A stretch of 64,000 nucleotides of DNA from an uncultured Poribacteria bacterium (GCA_951813565.1 OX638351.1:2432001-2496000), one strand, 5' to 3'. Counted from the first letter of the stretch, positions 29,601 through 41,086 are shown. Numbers and translations: made by a program. The notes: generated from the letters alone by a model not told the origin.

Positions 29601-30320
29601 ATGTTAGTATCTGTTATTATTCCTGCTTACAATGAAGAGCAAACGATCCGACAGGTACTTGAAACTGTGCAGGCACTACCCCTTGAGAAACAGATTATAG
29701 TTGTTAATGACGGGTCAACTGATGATACTTACACTATCCTTGAGGAACTCCGTAGCGACAAAAGTTTAACTATCGTTCATTGTAAGGAGAACCGGGGTAA
29801 GGGTTTTGCAATTCGGAGTGGGATTCCACATGTCAAAGGCAAAGCAGTTATAATTCAGGATGCGGATATGGAACTTTCCCCGAATGACATTTTGCAACTG
29901 GTTGAACCCTTGAAAAATGAAAAGGTTGAAGTTGTCTACGGTTCGCGGTTTCTGGAGGGGAGGGGAAACGCGAGCATCCATAATTTTATTGCAAACAGAG
30001 TTCTCGCCATTTACACTAATCTCCTCTACGGATGCCGAATTACAGATGAATCTACTGGTTACAAGGCATTTTCAACTGACCTTTTAAAGGAATTAAATTT
30101 GACTTGTGAAGGGTTTGAATTCTGCCCTGAAGTTACAGCGAAGATTTTACGTGCAGGTTATCAGATCCATGAAGTGCCGGTCTCCTATTTCCCTCGCACA
30201 AAAAAAGAGGGTAAAAAACTCCGCTTTTGGTCAGATGGATTGTTTGCAGCATGGACGCTTTTAAAATATAGATTTATATCAAAGAGCAAGATTTTCAAAA
30301 CCACTATTAATAATGAGTAA
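29601..30320 (+). CDS. Glycosyltransferase family 2
   Basis: IIPAYNE, VNDGSTD, NRGKG, QDADME, YGSRF. Confidence 0.9.
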   Translation: MLVSVIIPAYNEEQTIRQVLETVQALPLEKQIIVVNDGSTDDTYTILEELRSDKSLTIVHCKENRGKGFAIRSGIPHVKGKAVIIQDADMELSPNDILQLVEPLKNEKVEVVYGSRFLEGRGNASIHNFIANRVLAIYTNLLYGCRITDESTGYKAFSTDLLKELNLTCEGFEFCPEVTAKILRAGYQIHEVPVSYFPRTKKEGKKLRFWSDGLFAAWTLLKYRFISKSKIFKTTINNE

Positions 30321-30356
30321 CATTTATACCAATATCTGGAGGTTAAATCATATATA

Positions 30357-31970
30357 ATGTATAAAAAGATTGTTTATTCTGCATTTCTCGTTTTGCTTAT
30401 GGGTGGCATGTCGTTTTCAGCATTCGGTCACGGTGAAGGTTCCACCTTATTAGAGGATGTGAACAGAGATGGCAAAGTAAATATTCAAGACCTTGTGCTG
30501 GTCGCAAATGCATTCGGACAACCATCGGACCGCACCGCTGTGCAAAACCCTGATGTCAATCGTGACGGAATTGTTAATATACTTGATCTTGTTCGGGTTG
30601 CTAACCGTTTAGGTGCAACTGAGCAAGAGGATAACTCAACCTATCATGAAATTCAGGATAATATCTTTGATAAAAGTTGCGCGAATAGTGCATGTCACGC
30701 TGCACCCCAAAATGCAGCGAATTTGAATCTCACTTACGAACAGTCCTATCAAGATTTGATTGATACAGTACCACGCAACACTGCAGCAGCAAATGCCGGG
30801 ATGAAACTTATTGACCCTGGCAATCCAGATAACAGTTTTCTTCTGACGAAGTTGATGGAACCAGAAGCACCAGAATTCGGAGCGCGCATGCCTTACTTTA
30901 TGGGACCCCTTCACAATGGAAAGATAGATGCGATTCGAAAGTGGATAGCCGCTGGCGCCCCACGGGAAGGAAAAGTTGCAGGCGTTGGTGATTTAGGTGT
31001 GTTACGTGATCCCGAAGAGGTGTTTAATCCTCCTCCGCCACCAGCACCTGGAGAAGGGTATCAAATCCATTTACCCCCTTTCAAAATTGAGCCGGGCACT
31101 GAGCGTGAAATATTCTACGCAACACAGATTAAGGATGAAAATGGACAACCTGTAGAGGGAGATATTTTTATTAACAGAGTTGAAATCTTCTATCCATCTG
31201 GAAGCCATCACTTCATCGTATATCGACTCACAGAGGAAGGTCTGGTAAATGGTGTTCAAAATAGAGGTGTAGACACCAGCATAGGTGTAAATCCGGAAGA
31301 TCAATTTCGCGAACTTGATCCAGATGATCCACAAGTTCTCGGCAACTTTGGGATTGATAGACTCTTTGTAGTCGGAACGCAGACAGATGATACACTCTTT
31401 GAATTCCCCGATGGTGTAGGATTGCGACTGCCCGGGAATACAGTTTTCGACCTGAATTCACACTATATCAATCTTCTCGGTGATGAAACGTTGATCGGGG
31501 AAACTTATGTCAATATCTACACAATTCCGGAGGAAGAAGTTAAGTACGAAGCAATTGAGATTTTTGTTTCCAATCGTGCAATAAATGTTCCACCAAATAC
31601 AACACGCGTTGCAAAATTGACGTGGTATGTTGAAGATGAATTAGAACGCCGCGGGCACGATCCTGATACAGAGTTGTATGTTTTCCTACTAACTTCACAC
31701 ATGCATCGACACGGTGACCTGTTTGAAATTTTTCAAAATTCAACAGGTGAATTGTTGCATCGCAGTATCGCTTATGATGATGCGCCTATAACACTGTTCG
31801 ATTCACCGCTTATTTTGAATGTTGATGACGGTCTCAAATTCCAGTGTACACATAATAACTACGATAAAAACGCCCCACTCCAATTCGGACTAACATCCGA
31901 AGACGAGATGTGTATCATCTTTGGATATTATTATATTCCAATAGAAAAGACTGGGGAGACAATTCAGTAA
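30357..31970 (+). CDS. Secreted dockerin-like + cytochrome c-like + copper type II monooxygenase-like fusion protein
   Basis: Two DVNRDG.VNI.DLV repeats; CANSACH...RMP...IRKWIAAGA; SHHF, NSHY, SHMH, DEMC copper-ligand motifs. Confidence 0.75.
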   Translation: MYKKIVYSAFLVLLMGGMSFSAFGHGEGSTLLEDVNRDGKVNIQDLVLVANAFGQPSDRTAVQNPDVNRDGIVNILDLVRVANRLGATEQEDNSTYHEIQDNIFDKSCANSACHAAPQNAANLNLTYEQSYQDLIDTVPRNTAAANAGMKLIDPGNPDNSFLLTKLMEPEAPEFGARMPYFMGPLHNGKIDAIRKWIAAGAPREGKVAGVGDLGVLRDPEEVFNPPPPPAPGEGYQIHLPPFKIEPGTEREIFYATQIKDENGQPVEGDIFINRVEIFYPSGSHHFIVYRLTEEGLVNGVQNRGVDTSIGVNPEDQFRELDPDDPQVLGNFGIDRLFVVGTQTDDTLFEFPDGVGLRLPGNTVFDLNSHYINLLGDETLIGETYVNIYTIPEEEVKYEAIEIFVSNRAINVPPNTTRVAKLTWYVEDELERRGHDPDTELYVFLLTSHMHRHGDLFEIFQNSTGELLHRSIAYDDAPITLFDSPLILNVDDGLKFQCTHNNYDKNAPLQFGLTSEDEMCIIFGYYYIPIEKTGETIQ

Positions 31971-32086
31971 CGACCACTGTATTTGACTGACGTTAGGTAT
32001 CTTCACTGTACCTCCCAAAACATTCCCGTGTCTGCCGTTGTAGGCACGGGAATCCTATGTAGCGTTTTGCTACGGTAGCAAACAGC

Positions 32087-33967
32087 ATGACTACCACGCC
32101 AACTAAAAAAGAAAACTTCATAGAATCTCTAAAACATCGTGTGTTGGTGTGCGACGGTGCTATCGGAACAGAGCTACGGAAACGGATTCCGGCAAATCTG
32201 CCTTGTGTAGATGTATGTAATGTCTCTGATGAGCATGCCGAAAAAGTTTTAGAGATACATCGCGCTTACGCTGATGTAGGTGCTGATGTAATCCAGACAA
32301 ACACCTATCAGGCAAATAGAGAAGCATTAGCAATTCACGGGTTAGCAGATCAGGTTAAAGAGATTAACAGAGCAGGGGTAAGATTAGCACATAGTGCAGC
32401 AGGGGAAACATGTTATATTGCTGGTTCAGTCGGTCAAATCCCGTTTCAAACGCAGGATCCAACTGAAACAAACACGGATCCACCTACGAAAACAATCCGT
32501 CTTATCTTCAAAGAACAGATGGATGCGCTTGTTGATGAAGGTGTTGATCTGATTTTATTGGAGACTTTTGTTTCTCCCAAACAAGCAGAAATTGCCACAA
32601 AGCAGGCTCTTACATACAAAATACCTGTCATCGTAGAGATAAGCGGAATTTCAGGTGGCACTGTTGGAACAGGTGTAGATGTCCGTGTCTTTGCTCAAGA
32701 ATTGGAACAACTTGGTGCACATGCAGTTGGTATCAATTGTAGAGGCCCACACGATCTTGTTCAAGCGATGGAACTTCTCGCACCTGTCATCAGAGCCCCG
32801 CTTGTTGTGCAACCGAACGCAGGAAATCCGCGGGTTGAACAAGGAGAAATTGCTGTTTCATATACCGTTGGCGCAGATGTTTTCACAGACTATGTTCATA
32901 AATTAATCAAGCTTGGAGCGAACATGATCGGGGGATGTTGCGGGACGACTCCAGAATACACCGCTAAAATTCGACAAGCGGTTGCTGGAATAAAACCCGT
33001 TAAACGACATCCTCGTATCTTTGTTCTGCCTAAAAGTTCACCGACATACAAGACACAAAGGGATAACCCTGTGCAGCAGGTATTCGAAACGCGAGAACGA
33101 ATTGTGAGTGTAGAAACACGCGCAAATACGTTCCCGCAATTGCGAGCATTGCTGAAGGAAGCGAAGGTGCTTGCTGCAATAGGCGTAGACCTATTTGATG
33201 TAACCGATAATTCTGGTGCGGCGGTAAATATCGGTGCAGTTGGCACAGCGTTTCGGCTGCAACAGGCAACCCACATTCCAACCCTTATCCATTGGACAAC
33301 GCGATCCCGCAATCTTATCAGCATGCAATCGCATTTGTTAGAGGCAGAAGCGTTAGGGATACGAGGTATAGTCGCATTATCTGGGGACCATCCGAAAGCG
33401 GGACCGTATGAAGCAGCAAGTCTTGTGCCGGATGTGCGCGGTGCAGTGCAACTGATGAAACTTCTCTCCAGACTAAATCAAGGTGAGCTTGCCGATGGTT
33501 CGTCAATTGGAGACCCATGTGGTTTTTACTACGGCGGTGGTTTCACAATTGCAGAAAATCTTGACCCTCATGTTAAGCACTTGACGAATAAGGTGCAAGA
33601 AGGCGCAAAATTCGCCTATACGCAACCTGTATGGACTTTTGAAGACATCGCGCGTGCTCAGAAAGCAACAGCACATCTCAACATAAAAATTCTTTACGGT
33701 ATCCTACCTTTGACAAGTTTCCGCAGTGCGTCCTATCTACGCGATAATTTGGGTCTCTACATTCCACAGTTTATTGTGGACAAATTCCGAGACCTTGGTG
33801 ATACAGCAGGAAACGACCTTGGTATGCAGCTAACTTTAGACTTGGTTCAAGAAATACGCAATCAGGATACAATTCCAATTGACGGTATCTATCTTATCCC
33901 GCCTGCCCGTCTGAATTGGAAAAACAGGCGCGGTGTCATTTCAGAAATCGTTAAAACCTACCGTTAG
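32087..33967 (+). CDS. yitJ: Bifunctional homocysteine S-methyltransferase / methylenetetrahydrofolate reductase (YitJ-like)
   Basis: DGAIGT, TNTY, GINC, PNAG, GGCCGTTP; C-terminal MTHFR domain (DVTD, RSRN, SGD, TQP). Confidence 0.85.
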   Translation: MTTTPTKKENFIESLKHRVLVCDGAIGTELRKRIPANLPCVDVCNVSDEHAEKVLEIHRAYADVGADVIQTNTYQANREALAIHGLADQVKEINRAGVRLAHSAAGETCYIAGSVGQIPFQTQDPTETNTDPPTKTIRLIFKEQMDALVDEGVDLILLETFVSPKQAEIATKQALTYKIPVIVEISGISGGTVGTGVDVRVFAQELEQLGAHAVGINCRGPHDLVQAMELLAPVIRAPLVVQPNAGNPRVEQGEIAVSYTVGADVFTDYVHKLIKLGANMIGGCCGTTPEYTAKIRQAVAGIKPVKRHPRIFVLPKSSPTYKTQRDNPVQQVFETRERIVSVETRANTFPQLRALLKEAKVLAAIGVDLFDVTDNSGAAVNIGAVGTAFRLQQATHIPTLIHWTTRSRNLISMQSHLLEAEALGIRGIVALSGDHPKAGPYEAASLVPDVRGAVQLMKLLSRLNQGELADGSSIGDPCGFYYGGGFTIAENLDPHVKHLTNKVQEGAKFAYTQPVWTFEDIARAQKATAHLNIKILYGILPLTSFRSASYLRDNLGLYIPQFIVDKFRDLGDTAGNDLGMQLTLDLVQEIRNQDTIPIDGIYLIPPARLNWKNRRGVISEIVKTYR

Positions 33968-33995
33968 TAATTTCGCGTAAATCCCTTCGGATATT

Positions 33996-35924
33996 ATGAA
34001 CACTCAAGGAAGTAAAAACTCACCGACGCGTATCACAGGACGTTCTCTTCTTTTGGGTGTATTGCTTATCCCTATTAACGTCTATTGGATGACAATCGTT
34101 GAGGTGAAATACTACTCCCTTGATGGTTCATGTCTACCACTTTTTATTCAACCTATTTTCATAATGTTTGTGTGTGTTGTTGCTAACTTCCTTTTGAAAC
34201 GTATTGCACCACAACGGATACTACAGCAAGGTGAGTTGCTCACTGTTTACATTATGGTGGCGGTTTCCTGCACATTTGCTGGGCACGATACCATGCAAAA
34301 TATGTTTGGCAGTATCGCCCATCCTTTTCGGTTTGCGACAGAGGAGAATGAATGGCAAACCCTCTTTTTTCGGTATCTGCCTTCGTGGTTAACAATTTCT
34401 GATCCGCAGAGCTTGCAAGGATTTTATGAAGGAGAATCTAGCTTCTATACCAACCATAACTTTACCGTGTGGCTGAAACCTCTGGTATTCTGGGGACTTT
34501 TCTTCCTCATCATGATGTTTATGATGCTTTGCATCAACACACTTGTGCGGAAGCGATGGGCAGAACAAGAGAAGTTAGCGTATCCGATTATACAGCTGCC
34601 TTTACGACTGTCAGAGGAGGGTGGCACTCGCTTATTGAAAAATCGGATGATGTGGGCAGGATTTAGTATTGCAGTAATTATCGGGGTAGTAAATGGCGTT
34701 AATTATCTGTTTCCCCAGTTTCCTCAGATACCTTATATCAAACGGACAGCCGTGTTCCAAAATATCTTCACGGAACGCCCTTGGAGTGCTATTCGTGGGA
34801 CACGTATTTCTGTCTATCCGTTTGCTGTAGGATTAGCTTTTTTCCTTCCGCTTGATCTCTCGTTTTCATGCTGGTTTTTCTTTGTTGTACGTTTAGCAGA
34901 ATTTGTAATTGCGGCGGCACTTGGTACGCGCTATTTTCCTGCTCTAAACGAACAAGCGTACGGTGCATGGGTTGCACTTTTCCTACTGGCAGTCTGGGTT
35001 ACACGTCGTCATTTAATGGAAGTAGTAAAAAAAGCACTCGGTTTTAAATCACACCTTGATGATTCGGATGAACCGATGTCGTATCGCGCTGCCCTGTTAG
35101 GTATTATCGGTTCACTTGTTGCGCTTGGTATTTTTGCGAACATAGCAGGAATGGCGTTATGGATTGCGGGCATTTTCTTTGGAATCTATTTCCTACTCTC
35201 TTTTGCAATAACACGTGTGCGTGCGGAGCTCGGCACACCGCATGAGATTTACTTTGTCAATCCACACGATATGTTGGCAATGGTTGGCGGGACTCGGCAG
35301 TTTGATACCAGCAGCCTCACGATTATGTCGCTTTTTTATTGGTTCAATCGTGGCTACCGTAATCACCCGATGCCGAATCAGATTGAAGCGTTTAAGTTGG
35401 CAGAATCGACGGGAATGGGAAACCGACGTCTATGGGTGGCAATGTTAATTGCGATTGTGGTAGGCATTTTAGCAACTTTTTGGGCAAATCTTGACATTAC
35501 CTTCCGTAACGGTGCAGTTGCGAAAGCTGGTGGCTTCAAGGGATGGGTTGGCAGAGAGTCGTTCGGTAGACTGCAGCGGTGGTTACATAATCCAACTGAA
35601 CCAAACATGATCGGTATAGGCTTTATGGGTATTGGTGCGCTTTTGACGTTTGTGATGATGTATATGCGAATGCACTTCCTATGGTGGCCCTTTCATCCAG
35701 CTGGTTACGCGCTTGCCATCAGTTTTGCAATGGATTATTTCTGGTTCGCTTTCTTCGTGGCGTGGTTTCTGAAGTACATGATTTTACGGCATGGCGGTTT
35801 GAGGCTGCACCGACGGGTAGCACCACTCTTTTTGGGATTAATTTTAGGAGATTACGTGATTGGGAGTACGTGGGCAATTATTGGACCGGTATCCGGCTTG
35901 CGTACCTACAAAATATTTATCTGA
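33996..35924 (+). CDS. Polytopic membrane protein (DUF6785/DUF6784-like, putative transporter)
   Basis: RKRW...EKLAYPI, LDLSFSCWFF, RVRAE.G.P, WWPFHPAGY, GLILGD; paralog at 57109..59040. Confidence 0.7.
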   Translation: MNTQGSKNSPTRITGRSLLLGVLLIPINVYWMTIVEVKYYSLDGSCLPLFIQPIFIMFVCVVANFLLKRIAPQRILQQGELLTVYIMVAVSCTFAGHDTMQNMFGSIAHPFRFATEENEWQTLFFRYLPSWLTISDPQSLQGFYEGESSFYTNHNFTVWLKPLVFWGLFFLIMMFMMLCINTLVRKRWAEQEKLAYPIIQLPLRLSEEGGTRLLKNRMMWAGFSIAVIIGVVNGVNYLFPQFPQIPYIKRTAVFQNIFTERPWSAIRGTRISVYPFAVGLAFFLPLDLSFSCWFFFVVRLAEFVIAAALGTRYFPALNEQAYGAWVALFLLAVWVTRRHLMEVVKKALGFKSHLDDSDEPMSYRAALLGIIGSLVALGIFANIAGMALWIAGIFFGIYFLLSFAITRVRAELGTPHEIYFVNPHDMLAMVGGTRQFDTSSLTIMSLFYWFNRGYRNHPMPNQIEAFKLAESTGMGNRRLWVAMLIAIVVGILATFWANLDITFRNGAVAKAGGFKGWVGRESFGRLQRWLHNPTEPNMIGIGFMGIGALLTFVMMYMRMHFLWWPFHPAGYALAISFAMDYFWFAFFVAWFLKYMILRHGGLRLHRRVAPLFLGLILGDYVIGSTWAIIGPVSGLRTYKIFI

Positions 35925-36056
35925 TAAGTTTTCTAAACAACATCGACAAGATATTTACACGTCTAAACTTGACACCTTGACACGCAAAGATGGTCTATGA
36001 TAACCTGTGAAACATAATTGAGAGCAGCGACGTGAATAAGATGTTATTGAACTAAC

Positions 36057-37279
36057 TAATGAACTTTGACAATCAAACGGGGTAATGTTATGATGGTATA
36101 ATCCAACATAAAAGGAGTATACCCTGGCAAAACAAAGAGAACTCATTCGGACAGAAGAAGAAAAACAGGAACTGATTGAATATCGAGATCATCACGACCG
36201 TCCTGATGTAAGAGAAAAAGCTGCTGCGTTGTTGAAAATAGCCGAAGGTGTTTCGGCACACTGGGTTTCGACCTATGGGTTACTCAAACGCCGCAAACCT
36301 GATACCATTTACAGATGGTTGAATATATATGACGAAGAAGGTTTTGATGGGTTAATCCAGCGGCAGCATGGCGGAGCAAGACAGCGATTTTCAAAAAAAA
36401 AGAAGAACTATTAGAACGTGTGCGCCAAACCCCAGATGAAGTTGTGGATAAAGCGAAAGGCGTTTCTACTGATGCGCCTATCCCAAGTCGTTGGACGCTT
36501 CGGACGCTGCGTGCGAGTCTTGATTGGTTAGAAGGTTACACGCTGAGTGGTGTATATAGAGTGGTGTCTCGTTGTGGTTTGCGTCTTCGCTCAGGTCGCG
36601 TGCAGCAGTATAGTCCGGATCCTGAGTATGCGGCGAAAGTATCACATCTATGTTCCTGTTTACAGCAGATCGTTCGCAATCGTGGTAAACAAGAACTGGT
36701 ATTTCTTGATGAGATGGGGTATTCTCGCTGGTCTGAAGCTGGACGGGTTTGGATACAAGCACCTCCGGGAAGTATTCCGGTGGCAGGTTGTGATGGAAAT
36801 AATCAGCAATGGCGGATCATTGGTGCGCTGAATGCGTTGACGGGACAGGTATGCTATCTTGATAACTACATTGTAGGGCGTGCCAAAGTGATTGAAATGT
36901 ATCAGAAGTTGACACAAGTATATCCGCAAGCAGAAACGCTTTATGTTGTTCAAGACAACTGGTCGATCCACAAACATCCGGATGTGCTTGATGCGTTATC
37001 AGAGTTGCCACAGATTGCGCCTGTTTGGCTACCGACTTATGCGCCGTGGTTGAACCCGATTGAGAAGTTATGGAGATGGCTGCGGGTTGATGTGTTTAAG
37101 ATGCATCGTTTTGTGAGCCAGTGGGAGGCGTTCAGAGCCCGGGTGAATAGATTTCTGGATCAATTTGCCACCGGTTCGGATGACTTACTCCGTTATGTAG
37201 GACTGAAAGGCGATGGGCTATTAGCTAACGCTTGTAGACCCATTTAGATTTTACCCAACTTGAACGTCAAAGTTCATTA
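36057..37279 (+). mobile_element. IS630 family element (orfA ~36124-36414, orfB 36420-37247, -1 frameshift at an A9 run)
   Basis: CTAATGAACTTTGAC 15-bp perfect IR including TA ends; DEMG, DNWSIH, WLNPIEKLW DDE motifs; orfA begins with CTG where the sister copy has ATG. Confidence 0.9.
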
Positions 37280-37387
37280 GGTTAATGGAAGGTAATATAG
37301 AAAGGGTTTATAGGTTGAGAGAAATCTATGGAGATTCTAACTGGTATTCTTGTGGGAGGGCTTTATAAGCCCGATAGAATTACTTTC

Positions 37388-38179
37388 CTACATCAAATAC
37401 TCCCGCTCCCGAAAAATTCGGATAGCAAGCCACATTGCTCCTATCGTCAGCAAGCAGATTACTAACGCTGCCACCCATACTGTCGGAGGCGTATTTCCTA
37501 ACAAATCATCAAGCATGTTACGCTGTAAATTGAAATCTGGAAATAGTGTCATAAGGTAATGTGTTAGTGAAATTCGCTTGATTCCCATTGGCATTGGAGG
37601 AATTGTTGTAATTCGTTCCCAACCAAATACGAACAGCAACCCCCATAGCACCGGATGCTTAAACCGAACAGACAAAAGCACCGCGAAAGCACCGTAGGCT
37701 AACAATCCTAACGATAGTGCGCCTGTATAATAGAAACTCATTCCTACCACCAACAAGCGATCTTTTAGTTTCGGATGCGTTTCCATAATGCCCGTGAGAA
37801 GTAAGTGGGAAACACTAATCAGGGCGATACTTCCTATCAGGTAAGCTGCGAATTTGCTGAGTAGAATCAACGATTTACGGAGTGGTCGCATTTGAAGATA
37901 TGTCAAACCTCTGCCATCAATTTCATCCGAAACGATAGCTGAACCGTAAAATATCGCGCATAAATTTGTCAAAAATCGATATAAAATAAATGTCAGGTTT
38001 GGAATAAAAACGTTTACACTCGTCGTGCCTCGTGCCTTAAACCGAAATATAAGCGCGATGACAAGCGGCAGTACACACCCAATCAGAATTAGAAGTCCTC
38101 GCCGACTCCAGAATAGTTGACGGAGCGTCAGTTTAAATAGCGCAAAATAGGCAGGAAACGAATTGAGGTTGAAATTCAT
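37388..38179 (-). CDS. ABC transporter permease
   Basis: DEIDGRGLTYL..RPL..SKF motif; about six TM helices. Confidence 0.8.
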   Translation of the reverse strand: MNFNLNSFPAYFALFKLTLRQLFWSRRGLLILIGCVLPLVIALIFRFKARGTTSVNVFIPNLTFILYRFLTNLCAIFYGSAIVSDEIDGRGLTYLQMRPLRKSLILLSKFAAYLIGSIALISVSHLLLTGIMETHPKLKDRLLVVGMSFYYTGALSLGLLAYGAFAVLLSVRFKHPVLWGLLFVFGWERITTIPPMPMGIKRISLTHYLMTLFPDFNLQRNMLDDLLGNTPPTVWVAALVICLLTIGAMWLAIRIFREREYLM

Positions 38180-38267
38180 TGATAGTCTTTCAATAGTTGA
38201 ATTTTTCTACGTCCTATAGTAACATAAAAACGTAGAATTTACAATCTATTGTTTTGGAAGGACACAC

Positions 38268-39107
38268 ATGCTTAAAATTATTGACACCCACCAACATCTC
38301 TGGGACACATCCGACTTGGAATATCCTTGGTTAGATGGATTTGACCTACTCAGGCAGCAATATACGCCGCAGGATTATCGCGGCGCAATCGGAGACATAA
38401 ACGTTGTTAAATCGGTTCACGTGGAAGGCGATCCTGCCGAAACACACGTTGTCCAAGAGGTGGAATGGCTAACGCACATCGCAGAAACAGATGGAATGAT
38501 AGGCGCAATTGCTGCCGCGGCACCACTCGAAAAACCGAACGTTGAAGTAATCCTTGAACAACTCGCCGCGTTTGACCTTGTTGTGGGTATCCGTCGGATG
38601 GCATGGCACAACCCAGACAACCAATTCTACGCCACTCCCGATCTCATTAACGGTGTGAAATTATTAGGAAAATATAATCTTTCCTTTGAACTTTGTGCTA
38701 AACACGACCAACTCCCTGCTGCCATTGAGTTGGTAAAAGCCACACCTGAGATTATACACGCTGTCAACCATTGCGGTGGACCAAATATAAAAGACGGAGA
38801 GTTCCAGCCGTGGGCAACCCACATGCGCGAACTCGCCGCCTTTGACAATGTTTACTGCAAAGTATCCGGTATTGTGACAACTGCCAGCCAAAACTGGACA
38901 CCAGAGGAACTAAAACCTTACATCCGACATCTCGTAGAAGTATTCGGTTATGACCGCCTCATGTTTGGTAGCGATTGGCCCGTCTGCACCTTAGCCGCCG
39001 AATATCATGAGTGGTTTGAAGCATTACTTTTGGCTATTGAAGACGCATCCGAGGCAGAGAAAAACCGCTTTTTCTACCAGAACGCTTTAGAATTCTACAA
39101 AATGTAA
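38268..39107 (+). CDS. Amidohydrolase_2 family protein (sugar lactonase-like)
   Basis: IDTHQHLW, NHCG.P, CKVSG, FGSDWPV. Confidence 0.88.
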   Translation: MLKIIDTHQHLWDTSDLEYPWLDGFDLLRQQYTPQDYRGAIGDINVVKSVHVEGDPAETHVVQEVEWLTHIAETDGMIGAIAAAAPLEKPNVEVILEQLAAFDLVVGIRRMAWHNPDNQFYATPDLINGVKLLGKYNLSFELCAKHDQLPAAIELVKATPEIIHAVNHCGGPNIKDGEFQPWATHMRELAAFDNVYCKVSGIVTTASQNWTPEELKPYIRHLVEVFGYDRLMFGSDWPVCTLAAEYHEWFEALLLAIEDASEAEKNRFFYQNALEFYKM

Positions 39108-39139
39108 AACATGTCGGGTTAAATTTGCAATGGACCAAT

Positions 39140-41086
39140 CTATTGAGGTGTGATCAGAACAGGTTCAACGCCTTGCGACTCCTGAATTTGCTGCTTGAGT
39201 TCTGATGCGTCTGGTCGGGCCGCGAATTCCCCAATTGTTACCCGATGCACTATCTTACCATTAATCGTCACAGTGTATATTTTCACTTTCTCATTCGGGT
39301 GTAAACGTTGCAAATTCTCAGCCAACATATCTGCATTACGCCGCTCAGCAAAAGACCCAACCATCAACGTTAGTTTAGGTTTTTCATTGCCTACCTGAGT
39401 TCCGCTATCAGTAGTAGTAGTAGTAGTTCCACCACCGAATTGCAACTGTGCTTGCTGAACACTTTTATTTCCAGCTATGTCTTGAACACTCAATGCGAAC
39501 TTGTAAGTTGTTTCTGGCAACTGTGGAACTTTGGTCAAAACTATCGCCTCTGGTGGCGAACCTCTACCTTCGCTCGTTTCAACCAGTTTATTATTCACAT
39601 CAAAAATTTCAAGTTTCCAATTAGTAATAGCGTTGATGTCCCACGTTTTTACACCGACGGTTCCCGGTGCTTTTTTGGAGATTTCTACCGTTGCCGGAAT
39701 TAGATCAACCGTTACCTTTTTGCTGTTTCTGAGATGCGGTGTGCCTTTCCCATCAATAATGTGTAGTTGTGCCACGTAGTCTCCATCAGGCACCAATTTG
39801 CCGCTACTTCCCATTCCGTTCCAGACAACTCCGTCTGTGGGAGAACCTGTGCCAGATTTTTCCCAAACTTGTTCCGTATATGCATCACGGAGTGTTAATT
39901 TCCATTTGTCATTTGATCGAACCTTAAAATGGAATGTTGTGCTATCTGCTACGTCATCACTGTTCGGTGAAATTGCGGTTTCGGAGAGTTGTAGTTCATC
40001 CGAAGATACCTCATTCCCCACATCTGGTTCAAGCGTTTTCGGCATCAGAATTGGCGGTGATACATCCATTTCAGGAACATCTTTAGGCTTTACCTTCGTG
40101 ACAGGAGTAGGAACCTTCGCAATATGAGTGGGGCTCTTTCCTTTTCCACCCCACCGTAACGTTGCAGAAATCCAATGTAGGCTTTGCCCTAACTCACCAC
40201 CCCTAACGTGAGCGTAATCCAACTGTCCTGTTGAGTTCCGGAAACTTATCCCTTGAGTCCATTCACCTGAACTAAATTTGTCGGATGCGGTTAAAGTGGT
40301 ATATCCTACACGCACGCCAAAATGGTTGTTCAACAACCAACGTTCTACACCGAAGTGTAACCGAAGCCGTTCGCCCCAACTCACATCATTTTGGCCACGA
40401 ATAGCAATATCTGCAGATAACAGAGTCGCGCTGTCCGGACGATATGTTGTTCCGAAACGCGCAGCTAACGGTAAACTTTCAATAAGCGCGCCATCCTCCC
40501 GAATGCCATTGCTCAACTCCGAAAGATTCATGCCTACCGTGACCGAATCCCCTAACTTTTCCATCGGATAGGTAAACTGCATTCCGACATCCACGCTCCA
40601 CAGGTAATTCGTCCTGATTGGTGTGCTGTTCTGATAGTAGCGTAGGTTCGCTCCTGCTGATGCCTGTTCACCTAATGCCAAGCCATATCCTAAAAGCACT
40701 ATCTGAGTTGACTCATTGTTATTATTGTTCCAACCATTGAACCAAGACGCTACAGATAGGTTTCCAACATTTTTATCGGTTAAACCCAACGTATTTGGGC
40801 TCGCCGCTAACGAGAACGCCTGATCCGGACCTGACGGTTCACCCGAAAACGGAATCCCGCCCATGTTCACTTCTAATCCATTCATAAATCCAAGTGAGGA
40901 AGGATTCCATAAAAAACCGTTATTTGCGGAAGGACCAGCAGTGAAGGCACTTCCCATACCGACTGCTCGCGCACTTGCACCAACAAAGATATCGCGATGA
41001 TCTATCCCAGAAGATCCCTCTGCAACCATAACATTCCCTAACATAAACACTACAAAACTGATAAGACCGAGTGCTTTCAATTTCAT
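39140..41086 (-). CDS. Secreted protein: PorV/FadL-like beta-barrel + FlgD-Ig-like + C-terminal SPOR domain
   Basis: ARAVGMGSAF..WNP N-terminus; ISPNSD..D and WNG..G.LVPDGDY; VGSF..NA..L...HRV.IG.F. Confidence 0.7.
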   Translation of the reverse strand: MKLKALGLISFVVFMLGNVMVAEGSSGIDHRDIFVGASARAVGMGSAFTAGPSANNGFLWNPSSLGFMNGLEVNMGGIPFSGEPSGPDQAFSLAASPNTLGLTDKNVGNLSVASWFNGWNNNNNESTQIVLLGYGLALGEQASAGANLRYYQNSTPIRTNYLWSVDVGMQFTYPMEKLGDSVTVGMNLSELSNGIREDGALIESLPLAARFGTTYRPDSATLLSADIAIRGQNDVSWGERLRLHFGVERWLLNNHFGVRVGYTTLTASDKFSSGEWTQGISFRNSTGQLDYAHVRGGELGQSLHWISATLRWGGKGKSPTHIAKVPTPVTKVKPKDVPEMDVSPPILMPKTLEPDVGNEVSSDELQLSETAISPNSDDVADSTTFHFKVRSNDKWKLTLRDAYTEQVWEKSGTGSPTDGVVWNGMGSSGKLVPDGDYVAQLHIIDGKGTPHLRNSKKVTVDLIPATVEISKKAPGTVGVKTWDINAITNWKLEIFDVNNKLVETSEGRGSPPEAIVLTKVPQLPETTYKFALSVQDIAGNKSVQQAQLQFGGGTTTTTTDSGTQVGNEKPKLTLMVGSFAERRNADMLAENLQRLHPNEKVKIYTVTINGKIVHRVTIGEFAARPDASELKQQIQESQGVEPVLITPQ

